Shown: positions 8,030-17,473 of the stretch, in pieces
Layout of the letters: each line of letters starts with the position of its first letter
How positions within the stretch are numbered: the stretch's first letter is position 1
Source: Candidatus Eiseniibacteriota bacterium
GTDB lineage: Bacteria; Joyebacterota; Joyebacteria; Joyebacterales; Joyebacteraceae
Reading direction: 5' to 3'
Length of the DNA: 23,473 nt
NCBI GenBank assembly: GCA_043819135.1
Contig: JBDRFG010000158.1
Span: 1-23,473 of the forward strand
Program-made: the position numbers and the translations under genes
The notes under the pieces: generated by a model
Told to the model about the DNA's origin: nothing
Database searches by the model: none
The model's input: only the letters and a program-made list of their open reading frames with translations

Positions 8030-9808
8030 GAACTGAAGGTCGAAGAGGTCACGGTAGACCCCACCCGCGGCGTAGAGCTCGTCGTGCGAGCCCTCCTCCG
8101 TCAGCCTGCCCTCGTGCATCACGAGGATCCGGTCAACCGCCTTGATGGTCGAGAGCCTGTGCGCGACGATGAGCGACGTGCGGCCCTCGAGCAGGTGGTC
8201 GAGCGAATCCTGAAGACGCCGCTCCGTAGCCGGATCGACCGACGAGGTCGCCTCATCGAGAATGAGTATGTCCGGGTCGTCCACGATGGCGCGTGCGAAG
8301 CAGAGAAGCTGCCTCTCGCCCATCGAGAGATTGGCGCCGCCCTCGGAGAGTTCGGTCGCGTAGCCGTCAGGCAGCCGCTCGACCATGGTCTCGGCCTGCA
8401 CGACCCTGAGCGCGCGGGCCATCGCCTCCCTGGGGATCTCGTCGCGTAGCACTCTCAGGTTGTCCTCGAGCGAGCCCGGAAAGAGGTGTATGTCCTGGAG
8501 CACCAGGCCTATCTTCTTGCGCCACTCCTTCTGCTGGAACTTGCGGATGTCCTCGCCATCGAGGGTGATCCGTCCGTCGGTCGGCTCGTAGAACCTGAGC
8601 AGCAGGCTCGTGATGGTCGTCTTGCCGCCGCCTGACAGACCGACGAGCGCCACCTTCTGCCCCTTCGGAACCGAGAAGCTGACGCCGTCCAGCGCCCTCG
8701 CCCCACCGTCGTACTCGAACGTCACGTTCTCGAAAGCTATCTCGTTCCACTCGTCCGGAATGTCGGGGATGGCGTCGGGACGGTCCGCGGTGCGCGACGT
8801 CGTGTCGAGGATGCCGAACACGCGGTCGGCGGACGCGAACGCGCGCTGAAGGAAATTGAGTTGCTCTGAGAACATGACGAGCGGGAAGAACAACCTGCGC
8901 GTGTACTCGATGAAGAGCACCAGCGTCCCGACGGTCATCGTCACCCCGAAGACACTGCGCGCGCCGATCCAGATGATGACCATGACCGCCGCGATCTCAA
9001 CCGACGCGAACGCTCCCCAGAACGCGTACTGCCGGAAGTAGACCCGGATCTCCTTCGAGTACTTGTCCTTGTTGAGCTTCGCCAGGTCCATGATGGCCCT
9101 GTCGGTGTAGCCGAAGACCTGGAGCACGGGGATGCCCTGCACGTACTCGGCGAGGAACGTCGAGATGCGCGTGTAGAGCTTCCGAACCGTGTGAAAGGCG
9201 CGGCGGATGTACTTGAGGAAGAAGTACGTGGCCACCATGATCGGCAGCATCAGCGCGACGATGGACAGCGTCACCTTGACGTCCACGGCGAACATGACAC
9301 CTAGCGTCCCGGCCAGAAGCACTATGTTCCGAAAGAGCGCGATGGCGAAGTCTGAGAAGAGGTTCCTCAGGCGCTCAACGTCCGCCTCGACGCGGGCCAT
9401 CAGCCTGCCCGGAGGGTTCTTGTCGAAGTAGGCGAGCGAAAGCCCCATGAGGTGGCTGAACGCCTGCTCCCTCAGTCTGGTGATTATCTCGAGACCCACG
9501 CGCGAGACCATTATCACCTGGATGTAGGCGACCCACATGCCGACCGCATAGAGGAACGCGTAGAGGAGCCCGCGCAGGAGCACGCCGGTCTTGTCACCCG
9601 ACGGGATGTCCGTGTCGAGCACGTGACGGATGATGAGCGGACCACCCAGCTCGGCGGCTACCGTCACGAACAGGAGCAGCATGGCGATCGACAGCGTCCG
9701 TACGTGCGGACGGAAGAGCGGCAGTATCCGCCTGAGCATCGCGCGGAGCGGAATGCTCCTTACGTGCTGCTCGTCCTCGTCGGTCGTCTCGTCGTGCCAC
9801 CAGGACAT
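8009..9808 (-). CDS. ABC exporter half-transporter (TMD+NBD), partner subunit
   Basis: Probable start MSWWHDETT at 9808. TM helices, PGRLMARV, Walker A GLSGGGKT, LSMGERQ, ILILDEATSSVD, AHR. The upstream extension in the ORF track overlaps a promoter and a terminator. Confidence 0.92.
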   Translation of the reverse strand: MSWWHDETTDEDEQHVRSIPLRAMLRRILPLFRPHVRTLSIAMLLLFVTVAAELGGPLIIRHVLDTDIPSGDKTGVLLRGLLYAFLYAVGMWVAYIQVIMVSRVGLEIITRLREQAFSHLMGLSLAYFDKNPPGRLMARVEADVERLRNLFSDFAIALFRNIVLLAGTLGVMFAVDVKVTLSIVALMLPIMVATYFFLKYIRRAFHTVRKLYTRISTFLAEYVQGIPVLQVFGYTDRAIMDLAKLNKDKYSKEIRVYFRQYAFWGAFASVEIAAVMVIIWIGARSVFGVTMTVGTLVLFIEYTRRLFFPLVMFSEQLNFLQRAFASADRVFGILDTTSRTADRPDAIPDIPDEWNEIAFENVTFEYDGGARALDGVSFSVPKGQKVALVGLSGGGKTTITSLLLRFYEPTDGRITLDGEDIRKFQQKEWRKKIGLVLQDIHLFPGSLEDNLRVLRDEIPREAMARALRVVQAETMVERLPDGYATELSEGGANLSMGERQLLCFARAIVDDPDILILDEATSSVDPATERRLQDSLDHLLEGRTSLIVAHRLSTIKAVDRILVMHEGRLTEEGSHDELYAAGGVYRDLFDLQFAAQEIA

Positions 9809-9929
9809 CGATGGACCCTCTGCCTGCCAGTCGGCTCGAGTTCCCCCCCTGGACCACGGGGGAACCCCGACGGTTGTTCGATTCCGTGTGTGAAAAGCGA
9901 AAAAAGCACGCTCTCGCGATGCCGTGCTG

Positions 9930-9958
9930 ATTCTAGCGGCTCGGGACTCAAGATGCAA
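9930..9958 (-). promoter_or_regulatory. Sigma70-type promoter of the heterodimeric ABC exporter genes
   Basis: Minus strand TTGCAT (9958-9953), 17 nt, TAGAAT (9935-9930). Confidence 0.65.
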
Positions 9959-9995
9959 AGGCTTAGGGCGTTCCTGCCGCCTGCGACCGCGCGGC

Positions 9996-10031
9996 AAAGA
10001 AAGGGCTCCCGCGGGTCGTCCGCGGGAGCCC
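9996..10031 (-). terminator. Intrinsic terminator of the ABC/M1-peptidase operon
   Basis: Perfect 12-bp stem GGGCTCCCGCGG/CCGCGGGAGCCC with a 5-nt loop, followed on the minus strand by TTTCTTT, 45 nt past the stop codon. Confidence 0.85.
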
Positions 10032-10076
10032 CGATGCATGGAGTGGCTGACAGCGGCGCGACGCCGCCCGGCGATC

Positions 10077-13000
10077 CTATCCGCTGACCTTTCGTATGTT
10101 GTCGTCGGGCACGCGGTCGATGAAGAGGTGCCTCGGGTCGATACCCGCCCTGACGGGCCGCTCGTCGACCACGATCTCGATCTCGTGTGTGCCTCCCGCA
10201 AACTTGTGCTTGTCGAGGTAGAGGAAGGGCCGCTCTCCGTCTGAGCCCTCTTCTCCGTAGACACCGATCTCTATCCAGTCGTCCTGCGGCACCTCGGTCT
10301 CGACACCGCGCCCGTCGGCCCGCATCTTCCTCGACTGGACGGTCATCGTCACGCGATACGTGCCGTCTCCGAGGTCCTCGAGCGACGCTTCGTCCGCGCG
10401 GTTGTCGTAGAGCGTGATGGTTTCGATCATGTCCTCGATGAGGTAGTCGTACTCGTCGGGCGTCGCCTCGCGAAGTGTCTCCACGAGGTCAAGCACGTTC
10501 GGGTACGGCGGCCCCACGTACCTGTTCCGCTCGATGAAGTCCCTGAGCGCCGCGTTCAGGCGTTCCTCGCCGATGTAGTCTCTGAGCGCATACGTGACCA
10601 GACTGCCCTTCTGGTAGTAGAGATAGCTCTGCTCGTCGGCGAGTAGTAGCGGTGTCTCCTCTTTCCGCTCCTGTGACCTACCCCGCAGGTACCGGTCCAA
10701 CTCGTATGAGAGGAACTTCTCCATCTTCTCGGGACCGTAGTCCTGCTCCATCACCATTAGCGCGGAGTACTGGGCGAAGCTCTCTTCCATGAACGTCGCG
10801 CCCTTGACCCACGCCGCGCACACCTGGTGACCCCACCACTGGTGCGCGACCTCGTGGGCGGTGATGTAGTAGACCATGTCGAGGTTGTCCTCATCGCGCA
10901 GGTCGTTCACGAAGTGCGCGTCCTCCGAGTACGGGATGATGGTCGAGAACGACTGCGCGAAGCGGTGGTACCGCGGGAACTCGACGATGCTGACCTGGCG
11001 GTGCTGGTACGGCCCGTAGGCCTCCGTGTAGTACTCGAGCGACTTCGAGACCGACTCGATCATGCGGTCGACGTTCCACTTGTGGCCGGGGTGATGGTAG
11101 ACGGCGATCTCTACGTCGTTCCACCGTTCGCGCGCGACCACGTAGCGCCCCGACATGAACGGGTAGAAGTGAAGCGTCGGCTCGTCCATCACGTAGTGGA
11201 AGTAGCGCCGGCCGTCCTTTTCCCACTCGTTCTCGAGATACCCCACCGTGATCGCGGTCTGATCCGCGCTCGTCGACAGCGTGGCCTCGAAGGTCACCCA
11301 ATCGGCGTCCGACGTCATGGTGTTGGCGAGCCCCACAGGATCATCGGGCGACCGCCACTCCTCCTTCGGCGGAAGGTCGTGCTTCTTCCGCTCGTGCTCT
11401 GTCTGGAGCTCCAGGCTGTTGGAGTAGCCTATGTGAGGCACGACGTGCTCGGTCGCAAGGAACGTCCCGTTCTCGACCACGCGCATGTTCGTGTAGCCGT
11501 TCATGAACCCCCGGTTGACGATGGACCCGTCGTAGGAGAGCGCCATCCCCTCCCCCGGCTCCAGCGGCTCGGGAAGCTTATAGATGCGGTAGCCGAACTC
11601 CTCGTCGTTGAGCGTGAGTGACTCATCCGGCAGGTTCACGCGTGTCAGTTCCAGATGCTCGTCGGCAAGCAGATGCAGCTCCTCGATGACCCCGTCGGTC
11701 CTGTTGACGAGTTTGAGCTCGCCGTGAACCTCGACCCTCCGCTCCTCGGGGTACATGTCGACGGTCAGCCTGACATCAGCGATGCGAGGCTGTGGAAGCC
11801 CCTCATACTGTTTGTAGCGCTGCTCGTAGAGCGCCGACATCCTGCTCTCGATCTTGGAATCCATGTAGTTGTTGAGAACATTCGTGTTGTAGAAGATCCA
11901 GCCACCGGTGGCGACCGCGGCCAGCACGACGGTCACGAGTGTGGCCACGAGCAGAGGCGTCCGGCGCCTTCGGGCCTCCCTCCACCTCATCATCCCGCGC
12001 ACGTCGGTTCCGCGCACCCAGAAGAAAACGGACGAAACGACCAGCACACCGGCCACCAGGACCCAGTAAAGACTGAACCAGAAGAGCGGCCTGACGAAGT
12101 GCCCGTATCCATTCATGTCGGAGTAGGGGGCGCTCGGGAGTTCTGCGAACATGACCAGGTTGTGCTCCAGGCCGATGACGTAGGCCACTTCCTGGAAGAT
12201 GAAGAAGGCGAGCATGATACCCCAGCCCACAAGCCTGTTGTTCGTGAAGACCTGCAGCGAGAGCGCCAGCGCCGCCATCGCGAACATGATCGGAACCTGC
12301 ATCAGAAACACCCAGCGGAAGTAGAGCCCCAGCTCGAAATTGAAGTACCCGTTGGCCGCCTGGTAGACGATCGTCGTCAGCACCGCCGCCGTGAGCGCCA
12401 GCACCTGAACGACGAGGAGGGCGGACATCTTGGAAGCGACGGGCAGCCAGTCCGGCACCGGCAGCGCACCGTGTATCTCGTGCATTGCCGCCTTGCGCTC
12501 GTGCCACACAATCTGAGCCGCGTAGACCAGCAGGAAGATGAAGAGGAATATGGAGAAGCTGCCGTCCATGTTCGATATCATCACGCGGGTCAAGGGGTAG
12601 CTATCGGTGCCGTCGAAGTCGGCAAACAGGGTGCCGGCGAGGTTGAACATCCCGAAGCAGATGATGACGACGAACGGAACGCTCTTGACGATCCCGGCGA
12701 TCTCCGCACGCGTCTGGTGAGCCAGCTGCGCGAGCCTGGCGCGCGTCGTGAAGCTCAGCGTTGCGGCGGGAAGCGGCTGTGAGAGCGCCGCCACTGATGT
12801 CGTCCGCCCGCTCTTCACAGCAACGGGCCTCCCGCGCCGCGACACACCCTCTCCCACCGTCATGCGGAACCGCGCCCGGGCGAACACCAGGATGCCGGCG
12901 CCGAGCCCTGTCCACAGCAGCCTGTTCGCAATGAACCTGCCGGTCAGAGGAGGAAGCAGCGTGTTCTTCTCGACGACCGTCCAGTAACGCGTCGCGAGAT

Positions 13001-13658
13001 CGAGCGTCGTCTTACCGAACGGGTCCATGAGCGACGCCAGAAGCGTCGTGTTCAAATCGCCCGCCATGGCCTGCGACACGCCCCACAGCATCAGGAACCC
13101 GATCATGGCGACGTAGCTGTAGAGCACCTTCCGCGTGAGCGTGGCGAACGCGAAGAGAAGCGCGCCCACGAAGAAGAGATTCGGGATGACGAACACGACC
13201 ACCGCGTAGAGGTACGGCACGGGATTGAAAGGAAGGATGCGCTCAGGGTCGAGCCACGGCATCTTGGCCGCGATCGCGATGCCCAGTGCGGCCACGCACA
13301 CCGTGAACATCGCCGCGATGAGCGACCCGAAGAAGCGCCCCATGAGGAAGGCGCCCTTCCCCGCCGGCGTCGCGTAGAAGAACTCGCTGGTCCGGTACTC
13401 GTAGTCGCGGTTCACCGCCGTCGCGACGAATCCCGTGAGCGCGAGGAGGCCCAGTACGCTCATCATCGAGAGCAGCCGGACGATCTCGAACGGTGAGTTC
13501 CTTGCGGCGTTCCCTATGCTCCCGCCCATCTGCACGCTGTCGGAGGCTATCGCGGAGAAGACCATCAGGAAGAACATCGCCGTGAAGACATACACCACGG
13601 GGCGTCGGAACCTGTAGATGAGCTCGAACTTAAGAATGTCCAGGAACATTCCGCTCAC
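10077..13658 (-). CDS. ABC-2-type permease fused to a C-terminal M1-family zinc aminopeptidase domain
   Basis: Two hydrophobic ABC-2-like halves (N-terminal ~590 aa; DPFG, PYSDMNGYG), then a soluble domain with IVEFPRY, FAQSF, HEVAHQWWG...EESFAQY and YYQKG. Its GTG start overlaps the upstream TGA. Confidence 0.9.
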   Translation of the reverse strand: MSGMFLDILKFELIYRFRRPVVYVFTAMFFLMVFSAIASDSVQMGGSIGNAARNSPFEIVRLLSMMSVLGLLALTGFVATAVNRDYEYRTSEFFYATPAGKGAFLMGRFFGSLIAAMFTVCVAALGIAIAAKMPWLDPERILPFNPVPYLYAVVVFVIPNLFFVGALLFAFATLTRKVLYSYVAMIGFLMLWGVSQAMAGDLNTTLLASLMDPFGKTTLDLATRYWTVVEKNTLLPPLTGRFIANRLLWTGLGAGILVFARARFRMTVGEGVSRRGRPVAVKSGRTTSVAALSQPLPAATLSFTTRARLAQLAHQTRAEIAGIVKSVPFVVIICFGMFNLAGTLFADFDGTDSYPLTRVMISNMDGSFSIFLFIFLLVYAAQIVWHERKAAMHEIHGALPVPDWLPVASKMSALLVVQVLALTAAVLTTIVYQAANGYFNFELGLYFRWVFLMQVPIMFAMAALALSLQVFTNNRLVGWGIMLAFFIFQEVAYVIGLEHNLVMFAELPSAPYSDMNGYGHFVRPLFWFSLYWVLVAGVLVVSSVFFWVRGTDVRGMMRWREARRRRTPLLVATLVTVVLAAVATGGWIFYNTNVLNNYMDSKIESRMSALYEQRYKQYEGLPQPRIADVRLTVDMYPEERRVEVHGELKLVNRTDGVIEELHLLADEHLELTRVNLPDESLTLNDEEFGYRIYKLPEPLEPGEGMALSYDGSIVNRGFMNGYTNMRVVENGTFLATEHVVPHIGYSNSLELQTEHERKKHDLPPKEEWRSPDDPVGLANTMTSDADWVTFEATLSTSADQTAITVGYLENEWEKDGRRYFHYVMDEPTLHFYPFMSGRYVVARERWNDVEIAVYHHPGHKWNVDRMIESVSKSLEYYTEAYGPYQHRQVSIVEFPRYHRFAQSFSTIIPYSEDAHFVNDLRDEDNLDMVYYITAHEVAHQWWGHQVCAAWVKGATFMEESFAQYSALMVMEQDYGPEKMEKFLSYELDRYLRGRSQERKEETPLLLADEQSYLYYQKGSLVTYALRDYIGEERLNAALRDFIERNRYVGPPYPNVLDLVETLREATPDEYDYLIEDMIETITLYDNRADEASLEDLGDGTYRVTMTVQSRKMRADGRGVETEVPQDDWIEIGVYGEEGSDGERPFLYLDKHKFAGGTHEIEIVVDERPVRAGIDPRHLFIDRVPDDNIRKVSG

Positions 13659-14629
13659 CTCCCCCGCCCGGAGTCCGTGCCGGTCGTGTGGCCGCCCGCG
13701 TCCTCGATGGGCGAGTCAGGGCCGGCGGAAGTTCTGCCGGATCCCGATCCGTTCCCGCCGTTGGCGCGGGAGAGCGTGATGAAGTAGACGTCCTCGAGGT
13801 CGGGGTCCGCGCCGTCGAACGACGGGTCGGGCCGCTCGTCGGCCAGCACGTGGATGATGGTCTGACCGCCGCGCAGCCGCTTCGAGACGACCCTGTGATC
13901 CCGCTCGTACTCGGGCAGCGCGGACTTCTCGATGACCTTCCTCCACGTCCTGCCGCGGATACCCTCGATGGCCTCCTGCGGTACGCCGACGCGCAGGACG
14001 CGTCCGTTATTGATGATGGCCATCAAGCTGCAGACCTCGGCCACGTCATCGACGATGTGCGTCGAGAGGATGACGATGATGTTCTCGCCAATCTCGGAGA
14101 GCAGATTGAGGAACCGATTCCGCTCCTCGGGGTCGAGCCCGGCGGTCGGCTCGTCCACGATGATGAGCCTGGGGTCGCCCAGGAGAGCCTGCGCTATCCC
14201 GAAGCGCTGTCGCATGCCACCGGAGAACCCGCCCAGCTTCTTCTTCCGGTCGTTCCAGAGGTTCGTGCGCTGGAGCATCGCATCGACGACTTCCTTCCGC
14301 TCGCGCGGGTTCGTGATGCCCTTGAGCGTAGCAAGGTGCGTCAGCAGGGTCTCGGCGTTCAGGTTCGGGTAGACCCCGAACTCCTGCGGCAGGTAGCCGA
14401 GGACGCGGCGCACGGATTCCTTGTCCTTGAGGATGTCGATGTCGCCCAGGCGCGCCGTCCCCTCGTCCGGCTCCTGCAGCGTCGCGACGGTCCGCATGAG
14501 CGTGGTCTTGCCCGAGCCGTTGGGGCCCACCAACCCGAACATGCCCGTCGGGATGGTCAGCGTGACCCCATTCAGCGCCATCACGCCGTTCGAATACGTC
14601 TTCGAGATGTTCTCGATGCGCAGTTCCAT
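13655..14629 (-). CDS. ABC transporter ATP-binding protein
   Basis: Start MELRIENISKTY at 14629. GPNGSGKT, FSGGMRQR, IIVDEPTAGLD, STH. Translationally coupled to the permease-peptidase gene. Confidence 0.93.
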   Translation of the reverse strand: MELRIENISKTYSNGVMALNGVTLTIPTGMFGLVGPNGSGKTTLMRTVATLQEPDEGTARLGDIDILKDKESVRRVLGYLPQEFGVYPNLNAETLLTHLATLKGITNPRERKEVVDAMLQRTNLWNDRKKKLGGFSGGMRQRFGIAQALLGDPRLIIVDEPTAGLDPEERNRFLNLLSEIGENIIVILSTHIVDDVAEVCSLMAIINNGRVLRVGVPQEAIEGIRGRTWRKVIEKSALPEYERDHRVVSKRLRGGQTIIHVLADERPDPSFDGADPDLEDVYFITLSRANGGNGSGSGRTSAGPDSPIEDAGGHTTGTDSGRGR

Positions 14630-14915
14630 GTGTGGCTCCCTGTCGGGTGTGGACGTCCCAGGCACGTCGTGCCTGGGCTGAGGGCGCGGTGGGCCGCGCC
14701 TGGCCCGTGATGCCGCGCACACATGAGACACCGGCAGGGCCGCAGAGGTTTTATCCGGTATTGAGGGCGCGGGGCGTGACCGGGGACCGCCCTGCCCCCT
14801 CTCCCCACCTGCCACGACATATTGATTGCGCGTCAGGTCGCCAGAATGATATACGGGAGCAAGAACAAGGGACGCCAGAACGAGGTCACCGCTGACCCCG
14901 GACGGGAGGCTGACT

Positions 14916-15761
14916 ATGCTGAGAACTGCAATCAACCTGCTCGCGCTCACGAGTATGCTGACGGTCGCAGGCGCGAAGGAGATACCCGACCTCTTTCCCG
15001 AAGTGCCAGTCAGGGGACGGCCTCCGGTCGAAGTCGGGGCCATACAGGTCTCCATAGAGGGGCGCTTTGTCAGCGTGGAGCAGACGGACCTGAGCGAATT
15101 CACGTTCGCGACAAGACGCCTTGACGACATGCCACCGTCTTTCGAGCAGTATCTGATCGACGGGGGCGGTCAGATGTCGTTCGTCAGCAGTACACCTCAG
15201 CTGGGCGCGCCGGACGAGGGTTGGAGCGACATGTACTGGTGCGGCACCTATCTCTGGGGATCCTGGTGCCAGTGGATGCGGGCTTTCAATACGGACGGCA
15301 CTCAGGTCGGGCACTTCGACGGACCAGAGAGTCCGAACCGCGCCATCGCGAGAGACGGCGTGTGGTGGTACGCGGCGCGTCCGGACGGGTACCTCTGGCG
15401 CGGTCAGTGGGACGCACAGTGGGGCAGCACACCGGTGTGGAGCAGCATCACGGACCACACCATTCCAAACTTGACCGGGCTCGCCTTCGACACGAACGCG
15501 GACGCCCTGTGGGCGGTGATGTCCAACAGCCTTGTCCGCCAGTACGCGAAGGACGGCGGGCCGATGCTCGCCGAGCTGCCGCTTCTCCCGGCATACGGCA
15601 GCCCGCGCGCCTGTTGCATGTCCAACACCGTGGCCTTCGGGTACACGCTCGCGGTGCTTCACACCAGCGAGCGGAGCGGCGACTGGCTGATTCTCTACGA
15701 CATGAGTGACACGCCCGTCGAGACTGTCACGTGGGCATCCATCAAGGCGATGTTCCGCTGA
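14916..15761 (+). CDS. Secreted hypothetical protein (Trp-rich, possible beta-propeller) with C-terminal PVExxTWxxIKxxFR motif
   Basis: GGGAGG RBS, N-terminal signal peptide (..LTVAGA-KE), GLAFD blade-like segment, and C-terminus SDTPVETVTWASIKAMFR. Confidence 0.75.
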   Translation: MLRTAINLLALTSMLTVAGAKEIPDLFPEVPVRGRPPVEVGAIQVSIEGRFVSVEQTDLSEFTFATRRLDDMPPSFEQYLIDGGGQMSFVSSTPQLGAPDEGWSDMYWCGTYLWGSWCQWMRAFNTDGTQVGHFDGPESPNRAIARDGVWWYAARPDGYLWRGQWDAQWGSTPVWSSITDHTIPNLTGLAFDTNADALWAVMSNSLVRQYAKDGGPMLAELPLLPAYGSPRACCMSNTVAFGYTLAVLHTSERSGDWLILYDMSDTPVETVTWASIKAMFR

Positions 15762-15949
15762 TCACGTGAATCGCCGCCGCACCAGAAAAGGACCACCCTC
15801 ACGGCCATCCCGAGAGCCACGAGCGCGTCACGTACATAAAGAGGCCCCAGCACGGACAGAGCGGGAGCCTCGGACTACCCTTGTCTTTTCTGAAGCGACT
15901 CGTACCTTCTCGGGCAGCTGGATCCGGCCGAATCGGTCTGGAGCCTTAC

Positions 15950-17254
15950 CTACACCGTCGCCTCCATGATGATCTTGGCGAGCTGCGTGATGTTGAGGTC
16001 GGCCGGCGCCTCCTTGGCGGACCAGAAGAACGCCTCGTCCCAGGTGTGCATCCCGGTGAGGTTCGTGCGACCGAAGAGGTCGGCCTCCTTGATAGTGCCC
16101 TTGAGGTCGAACCCGTGATTGCCTACCGGAATGAGGTCGGGACCCTTGGCGCTCTCCGGCCCCGAGTAGACCTCGTCGCGCTCGAACACGCGCTCGATGA
16201 CGGGCTTTCCGTCGTACTGAAGCTCGGCGAGGCCGGCCTTGATCTCGTCCATGACCGCGCGCGCCGACGCATCGTCGACGCTCCCCTTCGGGAAGCGGTC
16301 TTTCCTGTTCAGGTAGATGCGGCCCGGATCGATGACGAACGCCTTCGACCCCTCGGCGATGTCCTCGAGCGAGGACGGCTGGTCGCTCTCGAAGGAAAGG
16401 AACCCGTTCTCGCGGAGCCAGTTGCTGACGCGGACCTCCTGCTCGATGCCGCAGAAACCGTGGTCCGAGAGCATGAAGAAGCCCTCGCCGTCGTGCGTCC
16501 TCCCTGAGATCTCGGAGAATCTGCCGTACATCTCCCCGATGAACGCGTCGACCTTCCGGTAGTAGCCGAGGAAGGCGTCGTGGTACTTGTGCGAGCCATC
16601 CTCGTAGGCGTTCCAGATGTAGTGGTGAAGTCTGTCCGTGCCGGTCACGACCACCTGGAAGTAGTCCCAGTCTTCCTTCGTCCAGAAGAGATCGACGGCC
16701 TTGAGACGACCCGCGAGCGTCTTGTCGAGGTGCTCGATCAGGTAGTCGTGGTCCTCGCGCGCCTGGCGCGTGTCGATGTCGATGGCGTAGTCGATCGACT
16801 CGAGGCTGTCCAGGATGCGCGCGGGGTATACCGACTTCTTGAGCGAGAGCGCGACGAAGCCCGACACCAGAATGCCGGGGATCTCGTGCGCCGGATAGGT
16901 CGAGGGCTGGTTGATGACGATCGACGTCTTCTTCCTCTCCCCCATCTTCTCCCAGAAGGTCGGGACCTTCAGGTCCTTGAAGTTCGGGAAGCGGACGTCG
17001 TAGCTGCCGGGTTTCGGATCGAGGAAGCCGAAGATGCCGTGCGTGCCCGGATTCGTCCCGGTCATGAAGGAAGGCCAGCTGACCGCGGAGATCTCCGGGA
17101 GCGTGACCTTCATCCTGGCGAGGTGACCGAGTTCGATGAGCTTCGCCACGTTCGGCATCGTGCCGTCGGCGGCGAGGTCACGGAGCAACGGGTACGGCAC
17201 GCCGTCCAGCCCGACCACGAGCGTCTTGTGCTTCCTGCGTCCGAACAGCGACAT
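15950..17254 (-). CDS. Alkaline phosphatase superfamily protein (type I phosphodiesterase/nucleotide pyrophosphatase)
   Basis: VVGLDG, PEISAVSWPSFMTGTNPGTHGIFGF, TDRLHH, MLSDHGF, GPDL, TGMH. GGGAGG RBS; no signal peptide. Confidence 0.9.
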   Translation of the reverse strand: MSLFGRRKHKTLVVGLDGVPYPLLRDLAADGTMPNVAKLIELGHLARMKVTLPEISAVSWPSFMTGTNPGTHGIFGFLDPKPGSYDVRFPNFKDLKVPTFWEKMGERKKTSIVINQPSTYPAHEIPGILVSGFVALSLKKSVYPARILDSLESIDYAIDIDTRQAREDHDYLIEHLDKTLAGRLKAVDLFWTKEDWDYFQVVVTGTDRLHHYIWNAYEDGSHKYHDAFLGYYRKVDAFIGEMYGRFSEISGRTHDGEGFFMLSDHGFCGIEQEVRVSNWLRENGFLSFESDQPSSLEDIAEGSKAFVIDPGRIYLNRKDRFPKGSVDDASARAVMDEIKAGLAELQYDGKPVIERVFERDEVYSGPESAKGPDLIPVGNHGFDLKGTIKEADLFGRTNLTGMHTWDEAFFWSAKEAPADLNITQLAKIIMEATV

Positions 17255-17280
17255 GTGTCCTCCCTCTGAGACCCAGTGCC

Positions 17281-17372
17281 ACGTGTGTCGGCGGCTTGGG
17301 GTTCCCTTCCCGCTCAGACAGGCGGCGCTTCGCGCCGAACTCGCGTTGAAGGGAACCCAAAGCCACCCACGT
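17281..17372 (-). promoter_or_regulatory. Putative structured 5'-leader RNA (92-nt rod-like hairpin)
   Basis: Nested pairings ACGTG/CACGT, GGTGGCTT/AAGCCGCC, GGGTTCCCTTC/GAAGGGAACCC, CGC/GCG and an apical CGGCGC-GAA-GCGCCG. Lies between a promoter and the RBS. Confidence 0.55.
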
Positions 17373-17381
17373 ACGATCTAC

Positions 17382-17410
17382 ACAGTAGTCTAGAGGGCGT
17401 ACACATGCAA
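17382..17410 (-). promoter_or_regulatory. Sigma70-type promoter of the phosphodiesterase gene
   Basis: Minus strand TTGCAT (17410-17405), 17 nt, TACTGT (17387-17382). Confidence 0.5.
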
Positions 17411-17473
17411 CAAGCGGACCAGCAAGCCGCTCGTGGGAGGTGACTGCCGTTCGTGAGCGCGAGGCACGCCTCT

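Noticed and set aside
5987..9808. Degenerate Walker B (LFDD) and LSMGE signature as signs of inactivation
   Set aside because: This is the normal asymmetric nucleotide-binding arrangement of heterodimeric ABC exporters (TM287/288 type).
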